The notes under the pieces are model-generated. The model ran no database searches, was not told the origin of the DNA, and saw nothing but the letters and a program-made list of their open reading frames with translations. The translations under genes and the position numbers were made by a program. A stretch of DNA of 64,000 bases from a virus. Where the stretch lies: positions 2,619 through 66,618 of IMG/VR virus record IMGVR_UViG_3300012928_000003; one strand, given 5' to 3'. Positions 1 through 9,500 of the stretch are shown piece after piece. Position 1 is the first letter of the stretch. Each line of letters opens with the position of its first letter.

Positions 1-2
1 CT

Positions 3-305
3 GCTGATCAGGATCGTGGTACAATCGGTGCAGTACGCGCCGGTAGCTTGAGCAAGAAGTTCGACGTTTACGTTGATCCTTATTTCTTGCGCAACGTACT
101 TCTTATAGGTCGTAAGGGTAGCTCGTTCCTTGAGAGCGGCTTTGTATACGCCCCTTACGTACCATTGCAGGTAACACCTACCATTTTCGGTACGGAAGAC
201 TTCGTACCACGTAAGGGTGTCATGACCCGTTACGCTAAGAAGATGGTACGACCTGATATGTACGGTCTTGTAGTTGTCCGTGGCCTTTTGGGCGAGGGCG
301 GTTAA
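3..305 (+). CDS. Major capsid protein (T4 gp23-like), 3' end; gene begins before the window
   Basis: Frame is open from position 3 (ADQDRGTIGAVRAG...). VYVDPY, YAPYVPL and F.PRKGVMTRY are hallmark C-terminal motifs of T4-like MCPs. Confidence 0.92.
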   Translation, partial: ADQDRGTIGAVRAGSLSKKFDVYVDPYFLRNVLLIGRKGSSFLESGFVYAPYVPLQVTPTIFGTEDFVPRKGVMTRYAKKMVRPDMYGLVVVRGLLGEGG

Positions 306-332
306 TTAGCAGCTAGATAGCTAATAAAGTTG

Positions 333-365
333 AGCCCAGTCTTCGGACTGGGCTTTTCTTTTTCT
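333..365 (+). terminator. Rho-independent terminator after MCP
   Basis: AGCCCAGTC-TTCG-GACTGGGCT stem with a cUUCGg tetraloop, followed by a U-rich tract. Confidence 0.92.
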
Positions 366-381
366 ATTGATTGAACAATGT

Positions 382-391
382 ACTATTTATA
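382..391 (+). promoter_or_regulatory. Putative phage late promoter (ACTATTTAT motif)
   Basis: ACTATTTATA directly after the terminator and upstream of the 424 gene. The same 9-mer recurs at 9358, 15959, 46531, 51794, 53856 and 60181. Confidence 0.65.
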
Positions 392-423
392 TTGTATGAC
401 CTTAAAATAGGAGGACCCCAAAG

Positions 424-1320
424 ATGGGCAAGAAAAAAAGAGTATTACTAAATCCAAAGAAATTTGGTAAAAAGAATTTTGAATTTTTAGATAACTTGGA
501 TGGTGTAAATGATGACATTATTTCATCAACCAAAGTACCAGCTACATTAAGAACATTAGGACTTGTAGACAATGGAGATAGAACGATCTCAATAAACGCT
601 CAGCTTTTTGGTTCCAGTTCTGCAAAGATGTCTCATATGGGCGCTTGGGTCCACACCACAGGTGGCGTAAGGTGTCATGCCACCGACCGGACCACTTCAT
701 TTAAGTTGAAGACTCTGCTAACGATGGTCAGCTCTGGGTCAACAGGTTTTATATATAGTGGCTCATTGCCATTTGATCATGAAGATTATTCACCGGGCCC
801 ATTCGTATTCCCCGCCGGCGTAACAACCATAGAAGGTGTAGTCACTGGACCAGCTTCTGATCCAGGATCATTTACCGACTCAACAATACTTTTGAGAGAA
901 TCAATTACTGTTTCAGCAGCTTCAATAGGTTTGACTTCGGCACAGCTTTCAGGGGCACTTTCAGGTGCTATTGATGGTTCAACCGCATTGTCAGTCGACT
1001 TGAGCGAAATGGAAGGAACAGCCCCTCAGCACGGCTCAGGCTCAGGCGTCGGATCAAGCGCCAACTATGGCCCTGACAATGGATCTGAGCAGCATGGCTA
1101 CCATATAACAGTTTCTGGTACCGTAAGTGGAGCAGTGAACCTCGCAGGCACTGCAACTGCAAACAACGGACACAGCAACAGTGGTGTAGTGGTTATCGCT
1201 GATCAGACTAATATGAACGCATCTGGTTCGCAGGACATTACAATAACTTTTACACCTCGCGATGTTAATAACCAACTCTCAACGGATCAGGCAGTAACTA
1301 CTACCCTGACACTTAGCTAA
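424..1320 (+). CDS. Putative virion (head decoration/Ig-like) protein
   Basis: Strong SD AGGAGG, position just after MCP, Ser/Gly/Thr-rich beta-type composition, basic N-terminus MGKKKR. Confidence 0.5.
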   Translation: MGKKKRVLLNPKKFGKKNFEFLDNLDGVNDDIISSTKVPATLRTLGLVDNGDRTISINAQLFGSSSAKMSHMGAWVHTTGGVRCHATDRTTSFKLKTLLTMVSSGSTGFIYSGSLPFDHEDYSPGPFVFPAGVTTIEGVVTGPASDPGSFTDSTILLRESITVSAASIGLTSAQLSGALSGAIDGSTALSVDLSEMEGTAPQHGSGSGVGSSANYGPDNGSEQHGYHITVSGTVSGAVNLAGTATANNGHSNSGVVVIADQTNMNASGSQDITITFTPRDVNNQLSTDQAVTTTLTLS

Positions 1321-1333
1321 GAAAGGATAACCC

Positions 1334-1642
1334 ATGGGTAAGAAAAAGAGAGCCCTTCTAAGGTACAAAAGATTAGGAACAATAAGCAAGAAGCTGGAAA
1401 GAAAATTTGCCAGCCTCTTGCAAGCTAATCTACAGAACTTTACAACAAAAGTTGAAGAAGCTTTGGAAAAGGTAGATGAGTTCCTAGAAACAACACAGGA
1501 TGTGATAGATTCTGCAAAAGAAGAGCCTACGGAGACCAAGGAGGCACCCAAGCCGACAAGAAAAAGAAAGACACCTGCCAAAAAGAAAACTACTTCTACA
1601 ACTCGTAAAAGAACAACCACCAAAACTAAAAAAGATGCCTAG
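1334..1642 (+). CDS. Small basic protein with Lys/Thr-rich tail (possible DNA-binding core protein)
   Basis: SD AAGGA, N-terminus MGKKKR, C-terminal KPTRKRKTPAKKKTT histone H1-like tail. Confidence 0.55.
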   Translation: MGKKKRALLRYKRLGTISKKLERKFASLLQANLQNFTTKVEEALEKVDEFLETTQDVIDSAKEEPTETKEAPKPTRKRKTPAKKKTTSTTRKRTTTKTKKDA

Positions 1643-1703
1643 GTGAAATGACATCCCAAACAACTAGTTATATTGATAAACTATAACTTGTGAGGGACCA
1701 TGA

Positions 1704-2963
1704 ATGTCTGTACCAACATTAACACCAGCCAGTACCTTGTCAGCTGTTGTATTACCTGTTACAGGAGCAACATCAAATGTAAACGAGGCGCTGCCATATA
1801 AAATATATTCTGAGGAGACCTCTCCGCTGTATTCTTCGGAATTTGTTTCTGGTGCTGTAGACCAAGTTTCTTACGTATACAAGAAGCTTGGAGGTGATAT
1901 ATTAGATTTAGAGATAACAGAAGGAAATGTTTATGCCGCATATGAAGAAGCGGTACTTGAATATTCATACTTAATCAATATTCATCAGGCAACAAATGTT
2001 CTTTCCGATGCTTTGGGCAACACAACTGGATCTTTTGATTCTAAGGGTAATATAGAACCCGGTACATTGTCCTCTTCTTTAGCCGGCGGACATGTCGCTC
2101 TAAAATATCCAAAATTTGATTATAGTATGACTCGTCGAATGGCAGATGGCATTGGTTCGGAAGTTGGACTAAATGGATCAGTACAGTACTCAGCATCGTT
2201 TGATGTTCGTATGGGAGTTCAAGATTACGATTTGCAACAAATAATTTCTACTTCCGTTGATTATTCAGGATCGGTAGATAATAAGAAAATTTTAATTAAA
2301 AAAGTATTTTATAAAACACCACACGCAATGTGGAGGTTTTACGGATATTATGGCGGATTAAATGTTGTAGGAAATTTGCACAATTACGGACAATTTTCTG
2401 ATGATTCAACTTTCCAGTTAATACCAGCTTGGCACAACAAGGCACAAGCTATGGCATTTGAAGACGCAATATACACTAGAATGTCACACTTCTCCTACGA
2501 GCTTAGGAACAATAATTTAAGATTACACCCAATACCTTACAGCGGCGGCCCGAGAAAGATGTGGGTTGAGTTTTCTATACCAACAGATGTTTGGGACAAT
2601 GATGATGTACAGACGGACGGTGTTAACAATATGAACACGCTTCCCATAGGCAATCTTCCGTTTGGAAACATTAATTCAATCGGCAAGCAATGGATCAGAA
2701 GATTTGCATTATCGTTATGCAAAGAGATTCTTGGTCAGGTTAGATCGAAGTTTGGCAATGTGCCAATTCCAGGTGAAAGTGTAACGCTCAATGGTTCAGC
2801 TTTAATTGGTGAAGCGAAGGCCGAGCAAGACAAGTTAAGAGAAGAGTTAAAGACAACATTGGCAGAAATGACTTATAGTAAGCTAGCAGAAAAGAATGCC
2901 GGTATGTCTGATAATGTAGAGAAAGTTTTGGATAGAGTACCGAACTATATTTTTGTGGGATAA
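1704..2963 (+). CDS. Neck/head-tail adaptor protein (T4 gp13-like)
   Basis: C-terminal WIRRFALSLCKEILGQVRSKFGNVPIPGESVTLNG matches the gp13 motif; synteny gp13-gp14-gp15. Confidence 0.85.
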   Translation: MSVPTLTPASTLSAVVLPVTGATSNVNEALPYKIYSEETSPLYSSEFVSGAVDQVSYVYKKLGGDILDLEITEGNVYAAYEEAVLEYSYLINIHQATNVLSDALGNTTGSFDSKGNIEPGTLSSSLAGGHVALKYPKFDYSMTRRMADGIGSEVGLNGSVQYSASFDVRMGVQDYDLQQIISTSVDYSGSVDNKKILIKKVFYKTPHAMWRFYGYYGGLNVVGNLHNYGQFSDDSTFQLIPAWHNKAQAMAFEDAIYTRMSHFSYELRNNNLRLHPIPYSGGPRKMWVEFSIPTDVWDNDDVQTDGVNNMNTLPIGNLPFGNINSIGKQWIRRFALSLCKEILGQVRSKFGNVPIPGESVTLNGSALIGEAKAEQDKLREELKTTLAEMTYSKLAEKNAGMSDNVEKVLDRVPNYIFVG

Positions 2964-2967
2964 TTAA

Positions 2968-3456
2968 ATGTCTGAAGATAATAAATGGTCACAACCTGAC
3001 TCTCCTCCGCCCCCACTTTTTACGGGAAAGAAGGAGAAAGACTTTGTAAAGCAAGTCAACGACGAAGTTATAGAAAGGGTTATAGGGCAAACTGTAGTAT
3101 ACTATCCTATAAGCTTGGAGCATACAAGCTTTCATGATATTTATGGCGAAGCAATTGACAAGAACTTTCTTCATCCTGTAAGGATTTACGCAATGGTAAA
3201 ATATGAATCACAGAATACCACCACAACACCATTAGGTGTGGATAGGATTGAAAAAATATCTGTTGCTTTTCATAAGCGTAGACTGACAGAGGATCAAGAC
3301 CTTTTTGTTAGAGAAGGTGACTTTATTCAGTATGGAGAACATTTTTACGAGATACTTAGCTTAACAGAGCCAAAGTGGCTATTCGGTCAAGTTGAATCAA
3401 AGTTTGAAATAGCAGCGTCCTGCGTGAGAGCAAGAGAGGGTTTATTTAATGTATGA
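2968..3456 (+). CDS. Neck/head closure protein (T4 gp14-like)
   Basis: E.I...GQ.V.YYP, IYGE and REGDFI motifs; follows gp13. Confidence 0.8.
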   Translation: MSEDNKWSQPDSPPPPLFTGKKEKDFVKQVNDEVIERVIGQTVVYYPISLEHTSFHDIYGEAIDKNFLHPVRIYAMVKYESQNTTTTPLGVDRIEKISVAFHKRRLTEDQDLFVREGDFIQYGEHFYEILSLTEPKWLFGQVESKFEIAASCVRAREGLFNV

Positions 3457-3467
3457 GGTAAATACAA

Positions 3468-6400
3468 ATGGCATATGAATTTAGTGGTTCTATTGCGCTT
3501 GGTACAATTGTAACACAGAACGTTACAGGTGCAAGCAACCCTCAAAGTCGCCGCTCAGGTGGTAAGTTTAGCCCATCTGGTACGAAATTGGCTGTACCTG
3601 TTTGGGTCGCCCCGGGAAGCAATTCCAAGATTGAGATATACCAATCTGGATCTTCAGGATGGGCAATGGTTGAGGACTTTATCACTGGTACTCCTGATGT
3701 AAACAAGAACCCCGGTCAGCTGGTGTGGCTTAGTGAGACATCTTTAGCCCTCGGTCTGCGCGGCCCGGGCAGCGAGATGGGGGTGTATACATACGTATCC
3801 AGTAGTGATCATGGGTACTATGACCGAAATCACAATCAAAGCGTTAGAAGAACGCTCACCTTCGACTCCGGTGGCATGCTGGAATTTAACCCTTCAAAAA
3901 CGTTAATGATAAGCTACAAACCATCCCCAGCATCCAGCGCCGGCAAAAAAACTGACGTACACATAGTTGACGATGACGGCCTCTGGCTTTCAGTTCAGGT
4001 GCCTTCTAGTACTACCGGTGAAGAATATATCGCATCGGTAGAATGGTTGTCAGATACAGATTTTGCTGTTGGCCAGCCGGCTCACACCGAAGCTGGAGGT
4101 GGCTCGAACCATGGTAAAATAAACATATATCGCACAACAGACGGAGGAAGTAGCTTTTCTAGTATAGAAACTGTTGTTGGGGAAGATGGAGACAAAATTG
4201 GTGCCTCATTACACTACCATACTGCCAGCGGCGGTTTAATAGTAGGTACAGGTACACCAACCAGCCTCGCCGCTGATGATAATGGGGGCAATAAGTGGTA
4301 TCTGTATCAATCATCATCTGCAGGGGGTTACTTGCAGGGTACGACCGATAGAACCGAATTAACTTCGACGGGCTCATGGTCTGGTAGGGTTCCTTTGGAT
4401 TACAACATGCAGGCAAATGAAACCGGTGGTTCTGTGTTTGCAATTCAGACATTACCATCCTTTAATGCATCCAACGCCGAGGTTTTAGTTTGGGAGTCCG
4501 GCTCTGAGGGGTGGAAGGCTTCTGTAATAGATAACAATGTATCCTATAAGACCATAAATCCGACCTCCACTCCGCTTGTTGGTTTAAGTAAGTTGGGTTT
4601 TGTTGCAAATAATAACGACGTGTCTCCAACAAACGACGCTGCAGATAAATCATTTAGAGTACATGCACTTGGCGAAGGCTGTGAAACGTTGAGTGAATAT
4701 CAACTAAGCGGTTCCATTACTTGTGGGAAAGTTACGACCACAATAATCAATGCCCGAACAAGCACCAATTCAAATGGTGGATCAATATCTCCAGATGGAA
4801 ACAGGATAGCTGTTGCGAGCCAACGCGTAGGCGGCGCCACCGCCGGAAACAATGGTATTGATTTCTTTCATTCCAGTTCAACCGGTTGGTCTGAAGTTGT
4901 TGGCGATTTCATAGATATGAGTAATGTGGCGGGAGTTTCCGATTTCTCTCCGGTTTCAATATATTGGTTTTCAAATTCAGAAATATTAGCTCTTAAGAGT
5001 GAAGAATTGATTTCTTTTGTCTCTAGCTCTAGTGGGTGGTCTCACAACTACACCACTGATTTTGGAACCGCTGCCGGCATGGCAAACATGTGGGTTAGTC
5101 CTGGGAAGACTGTTATCGGCATTGCGCCCGGCATTAATGTGCACGGCTCTGTATCTCACGTAAAGGATGATGTATCAGCGTTACTAATACACAGTAGTTC
5201 CACCGGGTTTGACTCTATCAAGGTCTTGAATGATGCCCAAAATGGTTTCAACGGCGGCCGCCCAACAGCTATGGCCTGGCCAGACGAAAAGAACGTACTA
5301 GTAGGCCAACCATTCAAAAACGACGTCGGTGTGGTCACTCACTTTCGTAGCGGCAGTTCCGGATATACGTCTATAAGAGCAACCCAAGGCAACGCATCGG
5401 CCGTCAACGGTGTGCTACGCTTTGGTTCTTTTGTATACTGGCATAGTGCAAGTAATTCAGGCATCTACGGCGCAGACAACGGCGCCGCGATACTAAACTT
5501 AATACCTTCACAATCTGATGGGTATCTTCCAGCATCAAACCCTCATACCGCCACTGGTAGGAGCTTAATTGATACTAGCATGCTTCAGTGTCAAAACGGC
5601 GCCGCGCCACCAAAAGTATTAGGCACTACAATAAGTATAGATCCTGCGAATCCAAACAGAGTAGTTGCGTCCACTATAAGGCAAACAAACGATACTGCCC
5701 AAGACGGCCGAGTTTACTTTTCACTAGAAACTGGATCTTTGGGGTGGAAAGTAAAACAAATTAACCCTGATGGAGATGGCGTCGGGTTGGATACTGCGAA
5801 CTCCTTCAATCCAAGTCAGCTTACACCTGGAGCTTCAAGGTATGTAACGTTCAAGGAAGGCAACGCAGAAGCATCGGACAATAACAAAATTACAATATAT
5901 GAGACCGGTCTGCCACTTCTGCCACTTGGGGGCTCCGGAGGCGGCGGAGGCGGAGGCTCCAGTCCAACTGTGAGCATAACACCAGATTCTATAACTTTAT
6001 CAGAGACAGGGACAACGGCGAATGTTGTTGTGACTTTGAGTGAGGACCCTGGGTCAAACACGGTTACTGTTTCTCCTTCAGGTCTTGATGCTACAGAGGT
6101 GTCAGTTAGCCACGCAACACAATCTTTAACAACGAGTAACTGGGATTCCGGTGTCACATTTGTTTTCACTGGCCAGGATGATCTTATTGATGATGGTAAT
6201 CAAACATTCAATGTTACGTTTACAACAACTTGCTCCGGAGACTCCTCGTTTGATAATCTTACAGAGACTTTATCTGTTACAGTACAGGATGATGATACAG
6301 CAGGTTTCACGATTGGCACCGGATCGTTAAATTTATTAGAAGGTGAAAGTGGCACAATATCAGTTGTTCTTACCGCTCAACCCTTAGGAGACGTGGTGAT

Positions 6401-8711
6401 TAGTAGTTCACTGGCATCAATATTTAATGGCAGAGCAACAATTTCACCAAGTCAGCTGACATTTACTAATCTCAACTGGAATACAGCCTCTAATGTTACG
6501 GTGTCTGCAATTTCAGACCGTATTGACAATGGAGATGTAACAGGCAGCGTTACGTTTAGCATTGTCCCAGGCTCTTCATCGGATGAGTATGACTCAGTAC
6601 TAAACCAAACTGCATCTTTAATTGTACGAGATGATGATACAGCAGGATTTACTATAAGCCCAAGTTCACCCATAAATATTAACGAGGGGGATAGTGCTAC
6701 GATATCAGTTGTGTTAAATTCCCAGCCTACGAGTAGTGTAACTATTGACGTATCAGCCGCTGTAGATTGGAACTCTAGAGCCTCATTGTTGCCAACTAGT
6801 GTAACTTTTACAACCTCATCCTGGGAAACAGCTCAAGATATAACTATAACGACAGTACATGACAATCAAATAAATGGTAATCAATCTGATACTGTTACTT
6901 TTAGTGTAAATGATGGTTCAACTAATGATACAAAGTTCAAGGCAGTTTCTGACCAAACGATATCTGTAACAGTTGTGGATAATGATGAAGCGGGTTTTGT
7001 GTTAATCCCGGGGTCTTTTATAAGTTTGACAGAACAAGGAGCATCCCAGACGCTATCAGTAAAGCTAAAATCTCAACCATCACAGAATGTCACGGCCTCA
7101 CTAACTGGCATGGATGCGACGGAAGCATCTGTAGTTCCGTCAGAATTGGTCTTCACACCTTCAAATTGGAACGAAGTACAGCCGCTGGTATTTACAGGAG
7201 TGGACGACGATATTGCAGATGGAAACCAGCAGTTTACCGCTACTTTGACCGCGGTCACAGGTGACAGTAATTTTTCTGGTAATTCTGTCTCAATTACTGT
7301 TTTAAACGTAGATGATGATGTTGATACTCCTTCTGCCCCAAAGGAATCAACAACTAAATCGGGAACCAATCAAACAAGCCCAGAAGATAAAGATATGGGG
7401 ACAACCGAAAGAATCGGAAACACAGAAGTTGCCAGAACCGTAGCAGACACTTTGCCTAGGAAACTACATTTCGATCCATCAACAATAGAAAATATTGATA
7501 GATCTGTTTTGAGGTATTTAACAAAGCTTAATTTATTCTCTGATACCAATGATGGTTGGAGAAAAGTTCCAATTATTTGGGGAACGGCAGAGCGCGCCTA
7601 CCAAGTAAAACATAATAAGGACGTTCGAGACCAACAGGGTATGTTAAAATTACCTTTAATTTCTATAAGAAGGACATCTCTGACTAAAGACATGCCAAGT
7701 AAAGGAGTCTTTCAGGGAACATCACCGGCCTATAATGACGAACAAGGTGGTTCTTTGGCCGTGGGTAGAATGATTTATCAAGATAAGACAACTAAGTTTG
7801 CAAATGCGGATGCAGCGCGCTTACACAACCAAAGCAATTACCGCAGACATAATCAAAAGGTTGTATATAGAACAGTTTCTGCTCCTATGCCTGTTAATGT
7901 ATCTGTTATGTATGAAATAACAATAAGAACAGAATATCAGCAACAAATGAATCATTTAATATTGCCTTTTATTACAACTCCTGGTACAATAAATTATGTA
8001 AGGTTGTTCGATGGTGAGCATAGGTATGAAGCATTTATACAAGGAGATATGCAAAATAATGATAACTTATCAGATTTTTCCTCTGATGAAAGGAAATTTG
8101 AAACAAAAATACAACTAAAAGTTATTGGATATTTGATAGGGGAAGAAAACAACAGAGAGAAGCCACATTATGCCATAAGGGAGAACGCGGTGGAAATAAA
8201 AATACCAAGAGAGCGCATTTCTCTTGCAGAAATACCAGAAATGGAGTATGGTAGATATTATGGACTAGGTGGTATTCCTGAAGACCAATTAAAAGATTCG
8301 AACCCATTCTTTTCGAGAAGTAGAAAAGACCCTAGATTGCCATTTTTCTTCTCGAATGTTCCAGCAGTAGGAGCCGGACTGGCAGCCGACGTCGTAGCAG
8401 GTGGAAGTTCAAGTAGTACCACTGATGTTTCAACTAATCTTGTCACTAAAGGCAATTTTTCAGAAACTTTGGCAGATAATATGGTGGTTAGAGAACTGGT
8501 TAAAGCAGATGATACCCCACCGCCAAGTCCGGCAAACCAGGTTGTTGTAACATTAGCGACAATCCGAGAAAACACAGAGTCTGTTTTCGTGAATGGTATG
8601 ATTCAGGCTCTAGGTTCAGGAAACGACTATACAATAAGTGGAAATACAATTACATTTACTTATGATTTAGTTGAGTCAGATTCAGTTTATGTTACCTATA
8701 TAAAGGGATAG
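3468..8711 (+). CDS. Tail terminator (T4 gp15-like) fused to two beta-propeller-like domains, four Calx-beta/cadherin-like repeats and a C-terminal Ig-like module
   Basis: gp15-like core at about 7460-8230 (VPIIWGTAER, LPLISIRR, PMPVNVSVMYEITIRTEYQQQMN). N-terminal repeats GG.FSP.G...W; repeats with LTFTxxNW and DDDTAGF. Confidence 0.75.
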   Translation: MAYEFSGSIALGTIVTQNVTGASNPQSRRSGGKFSPSGTKLAVPVWVAPGSNSKIEIYQSGSSGWAMVEDFITGTPDVNKNPGQLVWLSETSLALGLRGPGSEMGVYTYVSSSDHGYYDRNHNQSVRRTLTFDSGGMLEFNPSKTLMISYKPSPASSAGKKTDVHIVDDDGLWLSVQVPSSTTGEEYIASVEWLSDTDFAVGQPAHTEAGGGSNHGKINIYRTTDGGSSFSSIETVVGEDGDKIGASLHYHTASGGLIVGTGTPTSLAADDNGGNKWYLYQSSSAGGYLQGTTDRTELTSTGSWSGRVPLDYNMQANETGGSVFAIQTLPSFNASNAEVLVWESGSEGWKASVIDNNVSYKTINPTSTPLVGLSKLGFVANNNDVSPTNDAADKSFRVHALGEGCETLSEYQLSGSITCGKVTTTIINARTSTNSNGGSISPDGNRIAVASQRVGGATAGNNGIDFFHSSSTGWSEVVGDFIDMSNVAGVSDFSPVSIYWFSNSEILALKSEELISFVSSSSGWSHNYTTDFGTAAGMANMWVSPGKTVIGIAPGINVHGSVSHVKDDVSALLIHSSSTGFDSIKVLNDAQNGFNGGRPTAMAWPDEKNVLVGQPFKNDVGVVTHFRSGSSGYTSIRATQGNASAVNGVLRFGSFVYWHSASNSGIYGADNGAAILNLIPSQSDGYLPASNPHTATGRSLIDTSMLQCQNGAAPPKVLGTTISIDPANPNRVVASTIRQTNDTAQDGRVYFSLETGSLGWKVKQINPDGDGVGLDTANSFNPSQLTPGASRYVTFKEGNAEASDNNKITIYETGLPLLPLGGSGGGGGGGSSPTVSITPDSITLSETGTTANVVVTLSEDPGSNTVTVSPSGLDATEVSVSHATQSLTTSNWDSGVTFVFTGQDDLIDDGNQTFNVTFTTTCSGDSSFDNLTETLSVTVQDDDTAGFTIGTGSLNLLEGESGTISVVLTAQPLGDVVISSSLASIFNGRATISPSQLTFTNLNWNTASNVTVSAISDRIDNGDVTGSVTFSIVPGSSSDEYDSVLNQTASLIVRDDDTAGFTISPSSPININEGDSATISVVLNSQPTSSVTIDVSAAVDWNSRASLLPTSVTFTTSSWETAQDITITTVHDNQINGNQSDTVTFSVNDGSTNDTKFKAVSDQTISVTVVDNDEAGFVLIPGSFISLTEQGASQTLSVKLKSQPSQNVTASLTGMDATEASVVPSELVFTPSNWNEVQPLVFTGVDDDIADGNQQFTATLTAVTGDSNFSGNSVSITVLNVDDDVDTPSAPKESTTKSGTNQTSPEDKDMGTTERIGNTEVARTVADTLPRKLHFDPSTIENIDRSVLRYLTKLNLFSDTNDGWRKVPIIWGTAERAYQVKHNKDVRDQQGMLKLPLISIRRTSLTKDMPSKGVFQGTSPAYNDEQGGSLAVGRMIYQDKTTKFANADAARLHNQSNYRRHNQKVVYRTVSAPMPVNVSVMYEITIRTEYQQQMNHLILPFITTPGTINYVRLFDGEHRYEAFIQGDMQNNDNLSDFSSDERKFETKIQLKVIGYLIGEENNREKPHYAIRENAVEIKIPRERISLAEIPEMEYGRYYGLGGIPEDQLKDSNPFFSRSRKDPRLPFFFSNVPAVGAGLAADVVAGGSSSSTTDVSTNLVTKGNFSETLADNMVVRELVKADDTPPPSPANQVVVTLATIRENTESVFVNGMIQALGSGNDYTISGNTITFTYDLVESDSVYVTYIKG

Positions 8712-8740
8712 ACATTTAATATAATAGAAAAGGAGAAAAT

Positions 8741-9073
8741 ATGTCTGAAGAACACAAAATAGAAGAAACACAAGAAGAGTCCAATCCAACATCATCTCAA
8801 CATGTTGTAGAAGTAGAGTGGGAAGAGATTGAATATTTAGTTCAACTCAACTCTACATTGAACGAGACCGAAAATTATTTGGCAAAATTACTACTGGAGA
8901 TGGAGAAAAGAAAAACAGCTCTCCTTAAAAGAGTCCAGGACCTGCAGACTACACTTTATTCTGCAGGAGAGCAACTGAGGAATACAAAAGGCATCGACGA
9001 ATCTCACACATATGAGCTGAAATTGCCCACATCTCAGGGAGAAAAAGGATATTTCATACGGAAAGAATCTTAG
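8741..9073 (+). CDS. Hypothetical coiled-coil protein (possible fibre chaperone)
   Basis: SD AAGGAG, heptad pattern, lies between structural genes. Confidence 0.6.
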   Translation: MSEEHKIEETQEESNPTSSQHVVEVEWEEIEYLVQLNSTLNETENYLAKLLLEMEKRKTALLKRVQDLQTTLYSAGEQLRNTKGIDESHTYELKLPTSQGEKGYFIRKES

Positions 9074-9133
9074 ATTCGATGACCTTCTCACTACTTACTA
9101 TACATGAGTTAAATTATTTGGAGAGATGGCTTT

Positions 9134-9346
9134 ATGTATACAACAAGTGACATTGGAATAGCGGCATTCTTGCAGCTTCGAGGAAAAAAGCTGGTAGAAT
9201 GCAAGAGACTTGAGTCGGGAAAGTTTTATTTTGCATTTGAGGACCCAGAGCAAAAATGCCAAATGCTATCTCTTGAATTTTTAGATTCAGATTTTTGTAA
9301 ATTTGACAACAATGTCAGAAACCTCAAAAAAATTCTCTTCTCTTAG
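9134..9346 (+). CDS. Small hypothetical protein (DUF5659-like)
   Basis: YTTSDIGIAAFL...F.F pattern resembles phage DUF5659 proteins; SD GGAG. Confidence 0.5.
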   Translation: MYTTSDIGIAAFLQLRGKKLVECKRLESGKFYFAFEDPEQKCQMLSLEFLDSDFCKFDNNVRNLKKILFS

Positions 9347-9357
9347 AAGAGTAAAAA

Positions 9358-9367
9358 ACTATTTATA
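9358..9367 (+). promoter_or_regulatory. Putative late promoter (ACTATTTATA)
   Basis: Exact motif upstream of the 2125-aa fibre gene. Confidence 0.65.
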
Positions 9368-9398
9368 CACATACGTTCGTTTAGCTTATTTAATTAGC

Positions 9399-9435
9399 AT
9401 TTCCTAACATTTCCTAATATTTTCTAACCTAATAT
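9399..9435 (+). repeat. Three tandem 10-nt repeats ATTT(C/T)CTAA(C/T) in an AT-rich leader
   Basis: atttcctaac atttcctaat attttctaac ctaatat. Confidence 0.75.
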
Positions 9436-9500
9436 TTTTTAAAAATTTATTTATAATTTTATATTTTTTAATGTGAAGAACATATAGGAGGAAAATATAT

